Of a stretch of DNA of 64,000 nucleotides, positions 23,860 through 37,518 are shown one piece after another. The translations under genes were made by a program, and so were the position numbers. The notes beneath the pieces were generated by a model that worked only from the letters and a program-made list of their open reading frames with translations, searched no databases and had not been told where the DNA came from. Positions within the stretch are counted from its first letter, which is position 1; each line of letters starts with the position of its first letter. The DNA comes from Perkinsus chesapeaki ATCC PRA-425 (lineage: Eukaryota; Protista; Perkinsozoa), in the NCBI GenBank assembly GCA_013115145.1, contig JAAPAO010000087.1, forward strand, positions 1-64,000, given 5' to 3'.

Positions 23860-26421
23860 ATGCTGACGACCTTCAGCAGTGAATCCTCGCCACAACAACA
23901 AGCATCATCTTCGGATTGCTATAGTATGTATGATAATAGCAGTTGCAGTGCCAACCTGGAAGGCAATGAGGGCCTAGCCTTCAAGAGGGCTCGTTTGGGT
24001 CCGGGCCCAGAGACTAATAACACCACCACAAACACTCTTCCACTGCTACCGGGGTGCTTGGCTCTACGCGGCTCCCCACCGAAGGCGATGTCGGACGGGT
24101 CCAAGCCGAATAAGAAGCCCTTGTCTCAGTGGTAAGGAAGGATGGGTATCTTACTGTTTCGGTGCATCAACCTTGGATGCGCCAAGATACGCTGTGGTAT
24201 CTTAGCGCACCGTGAAGATTCCATGCATTGTTGATTACCTAGGTATTTACAGTGTATTGATGAGGATATCTTAGCGGTCAAGAGGCTAGTTGAACGACGC
24301 CGCATGCCCTTTAGAGGGCTGGCTGTCGCACAGCAGTACACCAATGGCGATCCTAACAGCACCAACGCTATAAGTGATCTTCCAACAGGTAGCAGCTGCA
24401 GCAGTTCCCTTGGGGCCACGTTGTGTAATTCAGTTGATTGTTCCGAGGCTCTATCCTCTTCTGCGTCGTCCTCCACTTCTCTTCCTCTTGTCAGCGGTGA
24501 TTGTAATGTCTATTACTGTTGCCTTCTTTAACATGCTTGTTTAGATACTGATGTTTCTACACCACTGGAGACTCTACAGTTGTTCAGCACACCAGGGGTA
24601 CTGCAACAACCGCTTCGCCTTGCCCTGCTGAAGTGTTGTTCTTTCAGTGTAATGGTTTGGTTGGTGGCAGCTATCCTAGACGCTCCCAGTCTCCCGGAGA
24701 GTGCAAGCATGGTCGTTGGAGTTGTAAGAGTCCCGCTTTCCTCATGTAACTGCTTTACGATCTTTTGCTCAGCGGAAGAGCACCTTGTCTTTCTTGAGGG
24801 TTTGCGGGACCATGGACGTGACTGGACCACAGTAGGCTATGGGCTGGGAGTGTGATGGGCGATAGTCGCTATTTCAGATCACCAACTTGATCCCAACGAG
24901 GACGAATAAGCAAGTGAGGTCTCATGCGCAGAAGTACTTCCAGGACTTGGACCGTCGTCTGCAGGATCATCAAGTGAGTTCATAAGGAGCTCGGGAGGAG
25001 CCACGATAGCTTTTACTTTTCAGGGAACTGCTACTGCTGCGGCTCAACCGAAGGCTGAAACCGACTACTCCCCCCCAGAGGACGGTAGGGTCGATGGTAT
25101 TGATGTGTGAGGGTTATGGTGCATGACAGATTGCTCGGAGCAAGCTAAAGCGCAGCAGGCCATGCAGGAGCTTCTACAGTCTATCACAGCAGCCCAAGGC
25201 TCAGGTGAGTTCGGCAACTAACGCCTGTCCTGCACTTTGCCTTTGATAGGTTCGGAGAATGTCGACCCTAATCTGCGCTATGAGACTCGGCCAGGCCCGG
25301 CAGTGGTATCGAGGTTAGAAAACAAGGATGCTGTGGAATCGGTAGGGTTAACGCTGATGCGGTAACTGTATCGAATGCTGTTGCTGACAGGTGCCAGCCA
25401 GGGCGGGTGAATCGCTGAAGGCTATGATGGGTCCGGCGTCCGGTGTCGAATCGGCCCAGGTATGTGGGAGTGTAGGAATGAACCTTACAATGTGATCTCT
25501 TGCTTTGTAGGTGTGCTCCAGCAACTTGGAGCTGGCAGCGTTGGCTGCTGTTGCGGCCAATCTAACATCTAGGCAAGGACTCCAGGATATGAACGCCAGA
25601 GTGGCTGCAGTAAGCATGTACCACCTCACAAGCCACGCCCCTTCTGTCAGGCTCCCTTCTCTCAAGGATTCGATCTAGCCGCTATTGCCGCAGCAGCGAG
25701 TGCAATGTAAGGTTGCTACAAGCTTGGGTTTCGATAGTTCTCACGCGAACCTATCAGATCGTCAGCTCCTCCAGTTGGCGCTCGGTCTTCTACTCCTTGC
25801 AACTCCCAGCAGACGCAGTCAGCTTTGAGCCTTCAAGCGGCTCGGAGCATTGGCCTCCTTACAGGTGGAGATGTGTTGGCTATGGACAGTCACCTCACTT
25901 TTGTTGGTACGTGCGTTGTCCTCAGTAGCTTGCTAAGGAGCGTTCTATTGTTTCAGATAATATGAGGAGCATTCTTCATCACTTTTTGAGCGCACTGCCA
26001 CCAGTAAGTCCCCCTTCATTTTATCTGGTCTCACTCACACGGTTCCCCTGTCAGGCAAGTGCTGCGCATGAGGAGGTCCTCGCCTGCCTTAAGGATGTCG
26101 AGACGCACTTACATGAATGTCGAGCGTAAGCTGCTGCTGCTTGCGTACCATCTTTTGTCTAATGCGGTCGTTGTTAGGTGGGCTCCAATCATGACACAGA
26201 AGCTGCATTGCAAAGGACAAGAGCTGTACGAGAGAACCTCCATGCTGTTTGACAAATACATGGCCAGTAACACATCAGCCTCCCTCAAGGGGACCGGCCT
26301 TGATAACGTACCGCCCATTTCTTCGTCGACACCGTCCATAGAGTTACTCACCCTTAGACTCAATGTGCTGCTTCTGGACAGCAGCAGCCTTGCCATCAAA
26401 CGGATCAGTTCTCTGGTTTAG
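23860..26421 (+). CDS. SHAQKYF-class Myb/SANT transcription factor, multi-exon; 3' end approximate
   Basis: Spliced reading HGRWT|EEHLVFLEGLRDHGRDWTT|ITNLIPTRTNKQVRSHAQKYFQDL across GT-AG introns at about 24721-24772 and 24832-24879. Confidence 0.8.
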
Positions 26422-27806
26422 CTGGGGAGATCGGCTTCCCCCTCCTTACGACGGGCATGTCGAGTAAGTTGTTAAGGTATGATGTTCCACAAAGACAACT
26501 GCTTCTCTCTTTAGATTGGCCTCAAACTCCAGTGGTCCCTGTTATGAGCGAATCTCCAGACTCGCTGTAGCTGCTAGGCTCCGATATCGGAGTGCTAGCG
26601 TCCTTTCAGTAATTGTTACATAGATAAAGACAGTGCATTCTTACTCCTTAGAATTGGGGCATCGAATTAGATTTAGGCATCGTCCTCGTTGCCATTGTCG
26701 TTGTTATCATTAAAGCTGCTAGCATAATATTTTCTCAAGTGCAGTTACTGGTGATGTAGTTGCCTTTTGCCCCCTTAATTGTATTTAAATAAGTCCGATC
26801 TATAGAGGATCCGCAACACAACACCGCCATCATCATCCTTCTAATTGCAACAAGTTTTATAGTATTTATCCCATCACAGTGCTGTTGTTCTTGTCGATGA
26901 TGATGCTGCTGTTGTTGTTGCTATATTGATATTGTTGTTTTACTCTGTTACATGTTTCTTTACCTAATCGTACTACTAGTGTGTACTCTTTTTTGAGAAA
27001 GTATACTTTCGTGATAAACAGCAGCGAATCCACTCCTACTGTTTCACATTGTAACTTTTGTGTGTGAATTATCCTTCATATCCTATACTACTTATATTAC
27101 ACTCGAGCCTCTATATGCGGCTCAGTGATCGGCTCTACTATATTCCAATCGTCTATTTTCTTACAAGGCCATTCCCCTGACGAAGAGTACACCAAACTCG
27201 GAATGCAGCAGCATCCCTTTGAGGCAAAGAGAAGCACATGTGGCCTGTAGGGAGACAGTGTAGCCCAGCTCATCAATTTGAGGGATCTACTACTGCTACT
27301 GCTATCTGTATCGCTACGGACGGCAGCTCATGCTGCTGCCAGCATGGTTTGGCATCTCTTTATATTTGTTTCCTATATCCGTACCTGTTGTTGACTACTT
27401 TATCTTTTCGGTGTCAGTCCTGATCATCGATGTACGATGGTACTGTTACTACTTTTCGAATCTATTCAATCCGTCGTCGAGTGTCTATTCGTTATTGTAT
27501 TCTCGTGGTAGTTTAGTCGTACATGATAGTATTGGTCTACCATTTGGTAGTAGTAGTTGTTCTTACAATCCTTGCAATGCATTTTTTGGACTAATTGATC
27601 GAACTCTCATCACCATTATCACCCCACTACTTTATGCCTCCATCCTAGTCTCATTTGTAGTCATTTCTCTGTGGCGGTGGAAGTGGGGATGACGCCATCA
27701 TCACCGTATTAGTTTAGTAGTAGTAACAAGAAGCCCCATTTTTGACAACAGTGCGTGAGCTTTCCGCGTCTTGTGTTGTTAATGTCTTCCTGAAGTGGTG
27801 TCGAAG

Positions 27807-29431
27807 ATGCGAACCAAACTCCTTGCTCTATCGGGTGCCTATCTTTCGACGGCGGCCTATGGATTGCAAGATTCCCATTTGAACTTCTGCGAAGACAGCG
27901 ACGCCTCTCTATCGCAGATCGCCGCGGGAGGGCTATTAGATCCATCTAGTATGGCTTGCAAAGAGATGCTACAGTTTTGGTATCTCAGCAAGTGAGTGTC
28001 TGATACAGCAGAACCTTTGGCCGCAAGTTAGCACTCAGGAACACTAGCCTTGCTGAGTACCGACAAATGTATAGTGCATTAGGGGAAGGTCAGAGCCATA
28101 AACAGCAGATGCCCAATGTCAACTATCTTGTCTCTAGAGCCGCGGCTATTATACAAGCTCAGGTGGCGCTAAAAACGCTGTTACGACAGGACGATATCGA
28201 TCTGATAGGCGCACATGCTGAGTGCTATAATAATGGAGAAACCACAGTGCATGACAGAGCAAATAAAGTTCGTTTTAGTCAGCGGACTGCGAAAAGTCAG
28301 AGTTCTGATGCATAACAGATGGTTACAAATGACTATGAGATCGCTTCACCATTGCGGGGTGTTCTCAGGCGACAGGTGTGGTATTCACACGATCTGCCAC
28401 ATCATTTCCAAGAGTACGCTACAAAACACGGACACTGGCTTAATAACAACAACATAGATACATGAAGACGTCCTCCAATTTCCTACTCGAGACAATCGCA
28501 CTCACAGAGATGGAGTTGGAGACAATACGTGGGTTGTCACAGCAGTGGGATGAGGATAATATACCAGCCGATACGAGGTGGCAACCATGGCAACGAGCTC
28601 TCATATTGTGTGACAGCGATTACAGATACTACTCTCATGAGCATGATGGGCGCTACAGTGCATTGGAGTACCTCAGACGATACACGTTTGACTCGATGCA
28701 AGATATCGATAAGGGAATCCTACGGTAGCTCGGGCGAATTCCACATACCATCCACGTTCATCGTAAGATATGCTGTTCGACATGTATTCAAGCGAGGCGA
28801 CACTATTGCTGATTTTGGCAGCGGTATTAGTCAGTGGGCTGAGTGGCTCAACAACACAGGGTCAGTGGAGATCTCAATCTGTGACTCAGTCTACAGAGTA
28901 GATACGTCACAGCTTTGGCGTACGATGGTGTGCCAGACGTGGACATCATCACTTCTGGCCAAGTCACGCGAGTTGATCTAGCAGCGGAGCACATCGACCT
29001 AGGGCTCACTTTCAACTGGGGACTTGTCCTCAATGTCCTTGACACTGTATGCTTCAAAACAGCTACGGCATTTAGTGTCAGTATCAGATCTCAACAGACC
29101 TCGCCGCCCGTATCATCAAGAATATAGCCAGTCACTGTGTAGCACGAGTTCCCATACTGCTCGTTGTTGCCGAAGGGTCCCGTTGTCAGAATGAGGGCGT
29201 GATACTCTCATGGGCCGGCGTGACTGAGTCTGCTGACGCTCCATCACCGATGGATTCAGCGTCCGTAGTCAGCAGTGTTGAGGGGAATTCCTCGGACTCT
29301 CTCAGGCAAGCCTGTCCTGATGGAAGCAGGGACTGGCATTCAGATACAACCCGACACTGACCGATAAGCTGAGAGGGAGAGCTCACTCCGACTACCTCAG
29401 ACGCTGGCTTTATGTGTTTGATAAGGTCTGA
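27807..29431 (+). CDS. Signal-peptide-bearing class I SAM-dependent methyltransferase-like protein, multi-exon
   Basis: MRTKLLALSGAYLSTAAYG leader. Motifs TIADFGSGISQWAEWLNNTG, AYDG..ITSGQVTRVDL, FNWGLVLNV, NEGVILSWA, and C-terminal TDKLRGRAHSDYLRRWLYVFDKV*. Confidence 0.7.
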
Positions 29432-29699
29432 TCGAGGCATGGTCTGATCACATGCGCTTTCTGGACTGTGATTCTCTGTAGAGTTGTCACGTATAGTTGG
29501 GAGCATTACACTTGTCAGCTATTACTACATGTTACTGTCAATATTTCACCTACTACTATCATCAACACTACAGGTGAGCATGTAGCAAAGGAATGCGTCA
29601 GTGCTCGGTCTTCTTCAGACATCCTTATCTCTGAGCTTTCGGACATCCGATAGCAGCACCATTTCAACTACGGGTAGATATCGCACTACACAGTTAGAT

Positions 29700-32021
29700 A
29701 CCCTACGCCACTCTTTCTAGGAATAGAGACGTTACCTTGTCATAATGAGCTCTCAGCTGCAGACGTGGTGGAGGTACATCCAGATCCGATGACTCGGGTA
29801 AGCTCGTTTCTATAGAGCTATCCTGCAAGGTATTCATGCACCTAGATACCTTGCAACACGTCAGTCGCCCTTGAAAAGGATCGATTAAATCGTCCGTTCT
29901 GTTTTGGATTCGCAGCCAATTCGAGTACTTCGGCTCAGCTACCCTCACCTGTAAGTCCGCGCCTAGCTAGAATGGCTTGCAGTGCTCCGTTTGTAGTTCC
30001 TCGAAGTGGAACTGAAAGCTCCTTATGTTATCCGAGGTTTCGAACTTGATCGAGTATATGCACGTGAACCAGGTAGAGCCAGCTGAGGCCGCCTGGAGCT
30101 GTTCAACTGCTTCTGAATCGTAGATGCTCATAACGAGGGATCCACCAACAGCATTTCACAGCCTTTGCCAAAGTCCATCAAAATAAAGTACGTGTTTAGA
30201 CTGAGGTTGTTTTCAATCCCTTCCTTCAGCGCTGCAATGGGCGTCCATGCGTTCCAATGGTACAGGGACATGCAGGCACGAGAACACTGTGAGTCCATTA
30301 AATCTGCCGAGATGGAAAACAATACACCGCTATTTCTTGTTCAGCCATAGCTTGGACTTCTCTAAATACCGAGCCAGAGACAGTCAGGGCCCCAAAGGCC
30401 ACAGTCGATTTGGAGACAGATTTCAGGGGTCATCTATTGAGGTAAAGTCATCTCACGCTTTCTTATCGTTTATCGAGAGTGCGTTTTAGGGTTTGGCCAC
30501 GTGCAGAGTTAGTAAAGGGATCCGACACACTGAAGACTGGATTTCAAATAAAAGTAAGGCTCACAGCTTTGCGGACCCTTTCACCCGATACTGTCTTGCT
30601 CAGCTGTACGGATGTCCAGTCAAAGATACGCGCACTATGCAGCTAAGGTTCAGGTCAAGTTTCGCCTCGATAAGGAATAAGTAGGAGAGCCTTTGCAGAA
30701 GAGGCCTCGGATCGAAGGTCTATACTGTCAGATTCAAAACGCTCGATATTTTTCGGAAGGAGCTCATCAGCCACGTTTGCCGGCTTCTCACATTGTCAAC
30801 GGCCTCGTCCACAACTACATGCAGTCGGATACTATTCATTGGTAAGTTGAGAACTGATCCTCATTTGATGGTTGTTCCGCCAGACGTTGCCGAGAAGTCC
30901 GCGGCTGAGTTTGAGCACCACCGCAAGAATTTCAAGGAGAACACTCAACGTATCGACAGCTACGAGCCCTCCAAGGACCACATACCCAACGTGCGCTGCC
31001 TGACTATGTTGGCTTCCACTATTATCGTCTCAGGTTGTGGTCAATCTTCGAGTCCTTCCGCCAGTTACCCAGTGCGTCGACTGCCGTAATCGCTCCGTCT
31101 CCCTACATCACAATCTGACTTGTAGCCATCAGGTTCTGCCAGCGAGATTGTTTCTCAATTCCGGGAGGTACTCGAGACCGAAAAATCCACCGGCCATCGA
31201 GTGATGGCCAAGTTTGAGGTAACCGCGGCACAGCTGCGCGTACTTAGATGCTACTGTTGTAGGAATGGGTAACTGATGATTCACCATATTTCTGCTCTAA
31301 AGTGCAGTGTTTGGCTGGGCAGGTGAGCCGGCTTTCATACTAGCTCTGATCTTGCATCACTTTATCACCTCAGGATTGCGTCAATGGTGTCTGCATAGAT
31401 AAAGTTGGCCTAGCACACGACAGATTGAAGTAAGATAGGACTAGGAAGGAATTACAAGTCATCGACTCTCTTTCAGCTTGCACCCAGTTTTCTCCGAATC
31501 CGGCAGTCGGCTCGAGTCTGGTGGGCTGGTCAACTGGGATAGGGAAAACCGAGTTCCCGAGCAGAAGAGCATTATAAGCAACTTCGGGGCCGATATACCG
31601 AAATATCGGTGAGAGTCAACACGCGTTTGCCAGTGCGACTTTATGACAGGTACGATGATACGCTCCTTCAGCTCAAGCCTCTACCACTCATAAAAGGAGC
31701 TGATCAACCTCCACAAGCCCACTTTGGTAAGCATTCTCATTGGACTACCGCAACAATTACAATCTGTTTCCAGTTGCCCCGCAGTCTGTTAAGAGCTCTA
31801 CTAATGGAGTAAGCGAAAGTGCTTTGGTGAGGCGTGTTCAAGCATAGCTTGTTGATTAATGATCGATGTTTCAGGTGTTCCAATCGGACGCTGAGCCGGC
31901 AAGTTCTGAGAAGGCCTTCCATAGGCGCTACACATTTCCCTTGCTGATAGCGGGGAGTCTCGTCGCATTACTGATCATTGCGGTGTGCATACGTAAAGCA
32001 CGAGGAATCAGCCTTGTATGA
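29700..32021 (+). CDS. Hypothetical type I membrane protein, many short exons; start uncertain
   Basis: Regular GT-AG exon chain from 30.1 to 32.0 kb ending in a TM helix plus basic tail (YTFPLLIAGSLVALLIIAVCIRKARGISLV*). Confidence 0.5.
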
Positions 32022-32427
32022 CCTACTCTAGGACTTGTTGTCTAACAGCACCATGCTTTGAGTTTTCAGTCGGAAATTGCCGGATATAGTAATCAACGCC
32101 ACTTGAATGGTCACCAATCATAGGATCCATTTTCAGTGTACCAGATTGTAAGAGTTCGAGTTGTGAAAAAGTATCTTGAGAGTGCTGCATGGGTACGTCC
32201 AACCAGCTGCGTCTAACACATGGTGGATGACGGCTAGATAATGAGTTAGGCTAGGAGCTAGATAGGACAAGAAATAGATCAAGGTACTCAACTATCTACA
32301 CTTGGAACACAAAAGTGAGGGTTGTGGCTAATTATAGGTTATCATGCGTACATTATGTCAACTTCTTTCTGCAATAAACCACTGGTGACTCTGACGAGAT
32401 ATGGCTTCGACCAATTATAGTTTAGTC

Positions 32428-33689
32428 ACTTTCCGAGTCAGAAAGAACTATGACATATTTATTAGTATCGCTGGGAACCATCTCGCCCCCGGGCGAGTAG
32501 AAGCTCGGCCGATTCACTCTCCTTCCACTTCTGGTCTGTCCGCCTCTCCGAGCTGGATGAAGGGCCTTCAGATGGCTCTCTAACAAGTTGAATGCAGAAG
32601 CTTACTATGCCATCAATTGCCTACTATGAGGGCTGGACTTTCTCCTGGATGGAGATGACTTGCGGTGGCTTGGCCGAGGCGGAGATGCAACAGCTTCATC
32701 CTCGGGCTCCTCTTTCACAACTACTTCCCCAGATGCGTAAGCTTTCCGTTGTGCAGCGGACATGTGCTGTACAGGCGGAGAGAGCGGGACTGACATGTCA
32801 AGTTGGAGACGGAATACACTCAGTTGAGCGTTACTCTCAGAAGGTACTGGACTGGGCGAGTAGTGCACAACTTTGTTCTTCCGAGATGTGCTAAATCTCA
32901 CCTGTGACCGACGACGCCTCTTTGCTGGGGGTTGCGTTGTCCGCACCTGAAGATCCAGTAAGCATATCTATAGCTTTCCTGTTGGCTATGGTCTTACATC
33001 ACGCCTTCGCTTAGACGGTGTGGCTGTTGGCGGTTGGGGCTGATCAGGCCCCCGCTTAGACTGCACTAACGAACGAAGCGATGTCGATATGAATGCTGTT
33101 ATCTTGCTAAACATTGAAGGATATGATAGAGATCAATAAATGAGCTGATAAAATATGTCTGCGAGCAAAAGGCTTATGGTGGCAACATTGCTGGTCCAGC
33201 ACGCCCTCCGTCACGGCGAAACGGTTTCAGGCGCTGAGAAACTCACAAGACTGCAAGAAAGTCGTCCAGTGCGAAACAGTTAAAGATTAGGTCACGTTAT
33301 GTTATGCAACTGATAGGCGCATTCAATGCCGTATACAAGAGCAAACCGCCACAGCTAATAGATGTTATGAAACACCGGTCTGGGTCACTGTTGAAACAAG
33401 GAGTTCGCTACACCGCGGTTACTGTAACATGTTGTAATCAGGCTCGAACTTAACGGAATTCAATCGGTCGGTTAGCGCTGAATCTTCGGACACTTGATCA
33501 GGAACACCTTACGCGACATGACTCAAACGGGAGGAGCAACAGAGAATCACCTTCATAGAGTTGCTCCTGCCACCTTTCACCTCTCATGGAGACATCGACG
33601 CTATGCCGCCGCGTGGCGAAGCGATTGTCGCCAGGCATGGAGTTGGCAGGCGAAAGCGGCGCCTCCATGACTGGTTGCGATATGCTCAT
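32428..33689 (-). CDS. Hypothetical Ser/Pro/Arg-rich (probably nuclear) protein, multi-exon
   Basis: Exons with NLS-like PSKRRR and PAKRRRR, and QTRSGRRVNRP. The linkage of the 5' exon is uncertain. Confidence 0.4.
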
Positions 33690-34365
33690 TGCGAGAACCC
33701 TACCATCTAAAAACGTGCAGATCTCCGCTGAGTCAGCGGAGCGGTGCTGACGAGGACACGACCATCAACTGACCGCCGATTGGTTGCCGTATTTCCGTTA
33801 TCGTGGGCAAGTGCTTGTTGGGCGATGACCAGTGTGGCAAGCCAGGGCGGTAATGAGGGAGGTTGAGAATAGTAGCCGTGGAAGGATTTGACCGAAACAG
33901 CAACCGCAGATCATGGAAAGTATCTTTAAAACCTGATCACATCGAGCGACTCCCGAAAACCTTTGATGGAGCTCGCAACTACCTATCGCATCTCTTAGTC
34001 CGTATTCGTGTTTCGGTGGGTGAAGAGAGCTGTTGATTGCTTGCCCGCCTAACAACTACGCGTTGGCAGCGAAGCACTGGCAAGAGGCAAATGTCACCTA
34101 AATCCCTGAGCGGAACTGAGCTCGCTGGCGAGGCTGACTGAGTATTGGTGGCGCCATGCTGAGGGAAAGTAACATGTTGACCACTAAAGCCACTTGAGCC
34201 TCGGAGTTTTCATGCGATTCCCAGCCCTACCGAATGAGTGGCGACTACAGAATCAACCGAAGGCCGCCGTGCGAGCATGGGCCTCCACTGTGATGGCCCA
34301 AGGCGCTCCGATGCTATATGTGAGGTGGGCAGTGGCTGGTAACGCCATTCTGAGGGACCGACAGT

Positions 34366-35556
34366 TCACGGAAGTACTATAGGAGACGTACCACTCCACA
34401 GTGAGGGGGTTGAGGACCCCAAAAGGTAGGAATCTTCCGAGGAAAGGATGACGAATTGAGAATGGCCAAATACAGATCGATGAAGCATCGAGAAAATGAA
34501 CATCTCCACACAGATGAGAGCCTCTTGCATTATCACTGCAAGAGATTGGGTAGATGTGTGCTTGAAGTCGATGAAGCCGATACGGAATTCTTCTATAACA
34601 TCGAAATGCACCAGAACACCGAATAAGACAGACTGCCAATAGGTAACAAAGACCAACATCTTGATGCAGAGGAACTTCCCACCAGGGCTGAAGTTGGCCA
34701 AAGCATGGCGGATGACTAGGTAGAACTGCGCTAGATGGAAAACGGCAACCGAGGCGGACGCAGTGACACAGAATGCGATTGCCGGATACCTCGACAGGTA
34801 GCGTGTGCTTGAGGGAAGAAGATGCCTACATGTTGAAGCCTTCGAAGGTGAATACACCCTCTTCATAGTAGCCAAATGATGAGAGAGCCATCGCTAGAAT
34901 TGCGGACGAAGGCTTGAACAAAACATACAGTAGCACCTATAGAAGGCATGCCACTCTTAACTGAGGTGGGGAGCCTACTCCTCGCTTGCATTTCAGGAAC
35001 CACTGGAGGTCCTTCCCTGATTGTTTGAAAACCTAACACTGTTAGCGACAGGCCCGACTGATGTAGAGTGAGATGAAGAACTACTTCATGGAGTCTTGTC
35101 GGATCTCCACGTCCTTGATACGCAGGAGACCGTTCGCATACCAAAGTTACACAGAAAGCGAAGAACTGGTACCTGACAGGCACTTCCGATGGGAGATGGT
35201 CCGCTTTATGCTGCTCACAGAACGAAGGCCTCGTACGTGTCTCGCACAAGATCCAGATACATTGAGGCTTCGACGACCCCCAGTGATATCCACGACTGTA
35301 TGGCGTAGATGGGGACGATCCAAAGCATACCCACAACCTGCCATAGGCGGCTTTGAAGCACTAACTCCCGAAACGAGCCAACCTTTCTCTGGACTGTCGG
35401 CCAATGGAAATTATCAAGATGCGTGGCGATCTGAGATATAGTTATGCTGCACGCCGCCAGCGCAAAAACCCCTGACGTTATCCAAAGAAGGTTGAATATT
35501 GGAAAAGAGGACGAAGGAGGTTCTCGTGGTTCGAAGATGCCCAGGAGCCAATCCAT
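34366..35556 (-). CDS. TMEM184: TMEM184 / organic solute transporter OSTalpha family (DUF300)
   Basis: QIATHLDNFHWPTVQRK, VPIYAIQSWISL, LDLVRDTYEAFVL, KFLCIKMLVFVTYWQSV and QEALICVEMFIFSMLH match the family pattern. Confidence 0.88.
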
Positions 35557-35874
35557 GATATAGTGGAACTGCTACTACTAAGCGCTGTCCAACTTGGAAA
35601 GGTGGCTGAGAGCCATTATGAGACTATTTCATCCGGAATCTAATTGACCAACACAACAGTCATTTGAAGGGCGCTAGTAGAACACATCAGAGTCACCGAC
35701 TCTGCGTCGGACGTAAGTTTAAGGGTACAACTTAACTTTAAGATTATTCTGAGCGCTCTTCCGGATGGTGGAAGGTACTCTAGGAAGCAGACTTCAAACG
35801 ATGTTGCGAAGTGATCGCACGCTTGAAGGGGAAAAGAGGAGGCGTTAAACGTATTTTAGCAGACGCTGTGGACT

Positions 35875-37518
35875 TCAGGAATTGACTTGATACGTATTAT
35901 CTCCGTTGAATAAGTAAGCGGCAATTTGAGTAACTGCCGCGACAGCCGCATTTGTGTTGGCTTCTAAGGTCTGAGCACCCATCTTCTTTGGGGTCACGAG
36001 GACCTGAAGGAGCGCCACTCAACTATAGACGGGTTATAGACAACCGACCTGTGTAGCAAAACGGTCTTGTCCGAGAGCCTCCTGAATCTTGTCGAGATTA
36101 GAAGGTTGGATATCGGTGATGTAGGTGAGGTCGGGTCTAGCAGTGAGGACCTCTAGGAGAGCATCTTCATCTATAACCTAACAACATGAAGCACACTATA
36201 CCCCATGAAGAGGCTACCACTGATCAAGGACAGGTAGTGCTGCAGGTTACAAAACTACACAGAAGAAAAGGGGTCAAACCGCAGACGGGCGAGTGATAGT
36301 GAGCTCATGCGCATGTCGGCATATGAAAGGATTCTCACCTCCTTCCTCGCAGTGTTTACTAGCATTCCACCCTGCTTCATGGAATACAGCTTCTCACGAT
36401 CCACACAACCCTAAAATACGATGCATGGGGACAGAAGACGACACAATGGAGCATTGTCGATGTATAATAGTGATGAGTGATATCTATCTGAACGCCCAAG
36501 TACCCACCTTGGACTGGATGTTTGATGGCATATGAAGACTGACGACGTCGCAATTTTGGAATAGTTCATGGGGAGAACTCAGCATGGTACATTTGTTATC
36601 TTGAGAGCGGCCAGATCTCGAGTAGCCAAAGCAACTGAGAAGCTAAGACATACAGCAGGTATGGGTCGTTTGGTCGGCGCACGTCATGTGAAAGCCTCTA
36701 GCGATATCGCCCACGCTTGCTGCTATGCGACCGCATCCTACCAGGCCGATGCTTTTACCCCTGAAGAAGGACGTATGGCGGCAACATTGCGCAATAGTAA
36801 CTTACTTTAGCTCAAAGCCAGACGAACCATCAAGGCGACGCCTGGCGTGATACAGGAGAAGCCCGAATACCAGCTCGGCAACCGCATTTGCATTTTGGCC
36901 AGGAGTGTTCATCACGCATACTCCTGGAAAGATACAAGTCCAAACCCGAAACGAGTCCTGCAAGCGTGATGCAACAACTTACCTTTTCGTGTTGCTGCCT
37001 CGAGATCGACGTTGTCGTAGCCGGCTCCCGCTCTTACTATTATCTTCAAGTCCTGGGAAAAAACCCGAGAATAGCGGTACTCGGGGCAGCCGATGGTCCT
37101 TACGGGAGCATTGACGAAGAAGTCTGCATCTGCTGTGTCAGACCTTATAATACATCCTGTTGCACCGGCCAAAGCCGCATACAGTTCTTCACGAGATTTA
37201 TATCTGTCAAAAGAAGGCAAATGAAGGCCAACTAGTCATGTGTATCTTACCCTTCCACTTTACGCAGAGAGAGCCCTAGCTCATCACAGGCTTTTGCGAC
37301 GGCGTTGACAGCTTCCTTCGCGAAGGGCTTCACCGTGGCCAGCACTACAACTGGTGGAGGGGTAAGAGGTGACACCAAAGGACACATGTGAATGTTTAGT
37401 ACAGAATCGAAACTACCCGATAAGACATGGCCATGTGCCGATCTACCATCAGGTCTCTCTGCATTTCCACACTAATAAAATGTTTAACTGTTAATTGTAA
37501 TTGGTAAGAGGCAGACAT
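35875..37518 (-). CDS. D-isomer-specific 2-hydroxyacid dehydrogenase (SerA/PGDH-like), multi-exon
   Basis: IIVRAGAGYDNVDLEAAT, VMNTPGQNANAVAEL, IGLVGCGRIA (GxGxxG-like), CDVVSLHMP, LVNTARKE and VTPKKMGAQTLEAN. Stop at 35875-35877. Confidence 0.9.

Noticed and set aside
23461-23901. 146-aa minus-strand ORF opposite the Myb 5' region
   Set aside because: Low-complexity Ser/Ala/Thr composition from simple repeats, a non-ATG start and no domain; probably spurious.
27330-27692. 120-aa hydrophobic plus ORF
   Set aside because: It lies in T-rich intergenic/UTR-like sequence where hydrophobic ORFs arise by chance, with no splice or family support.
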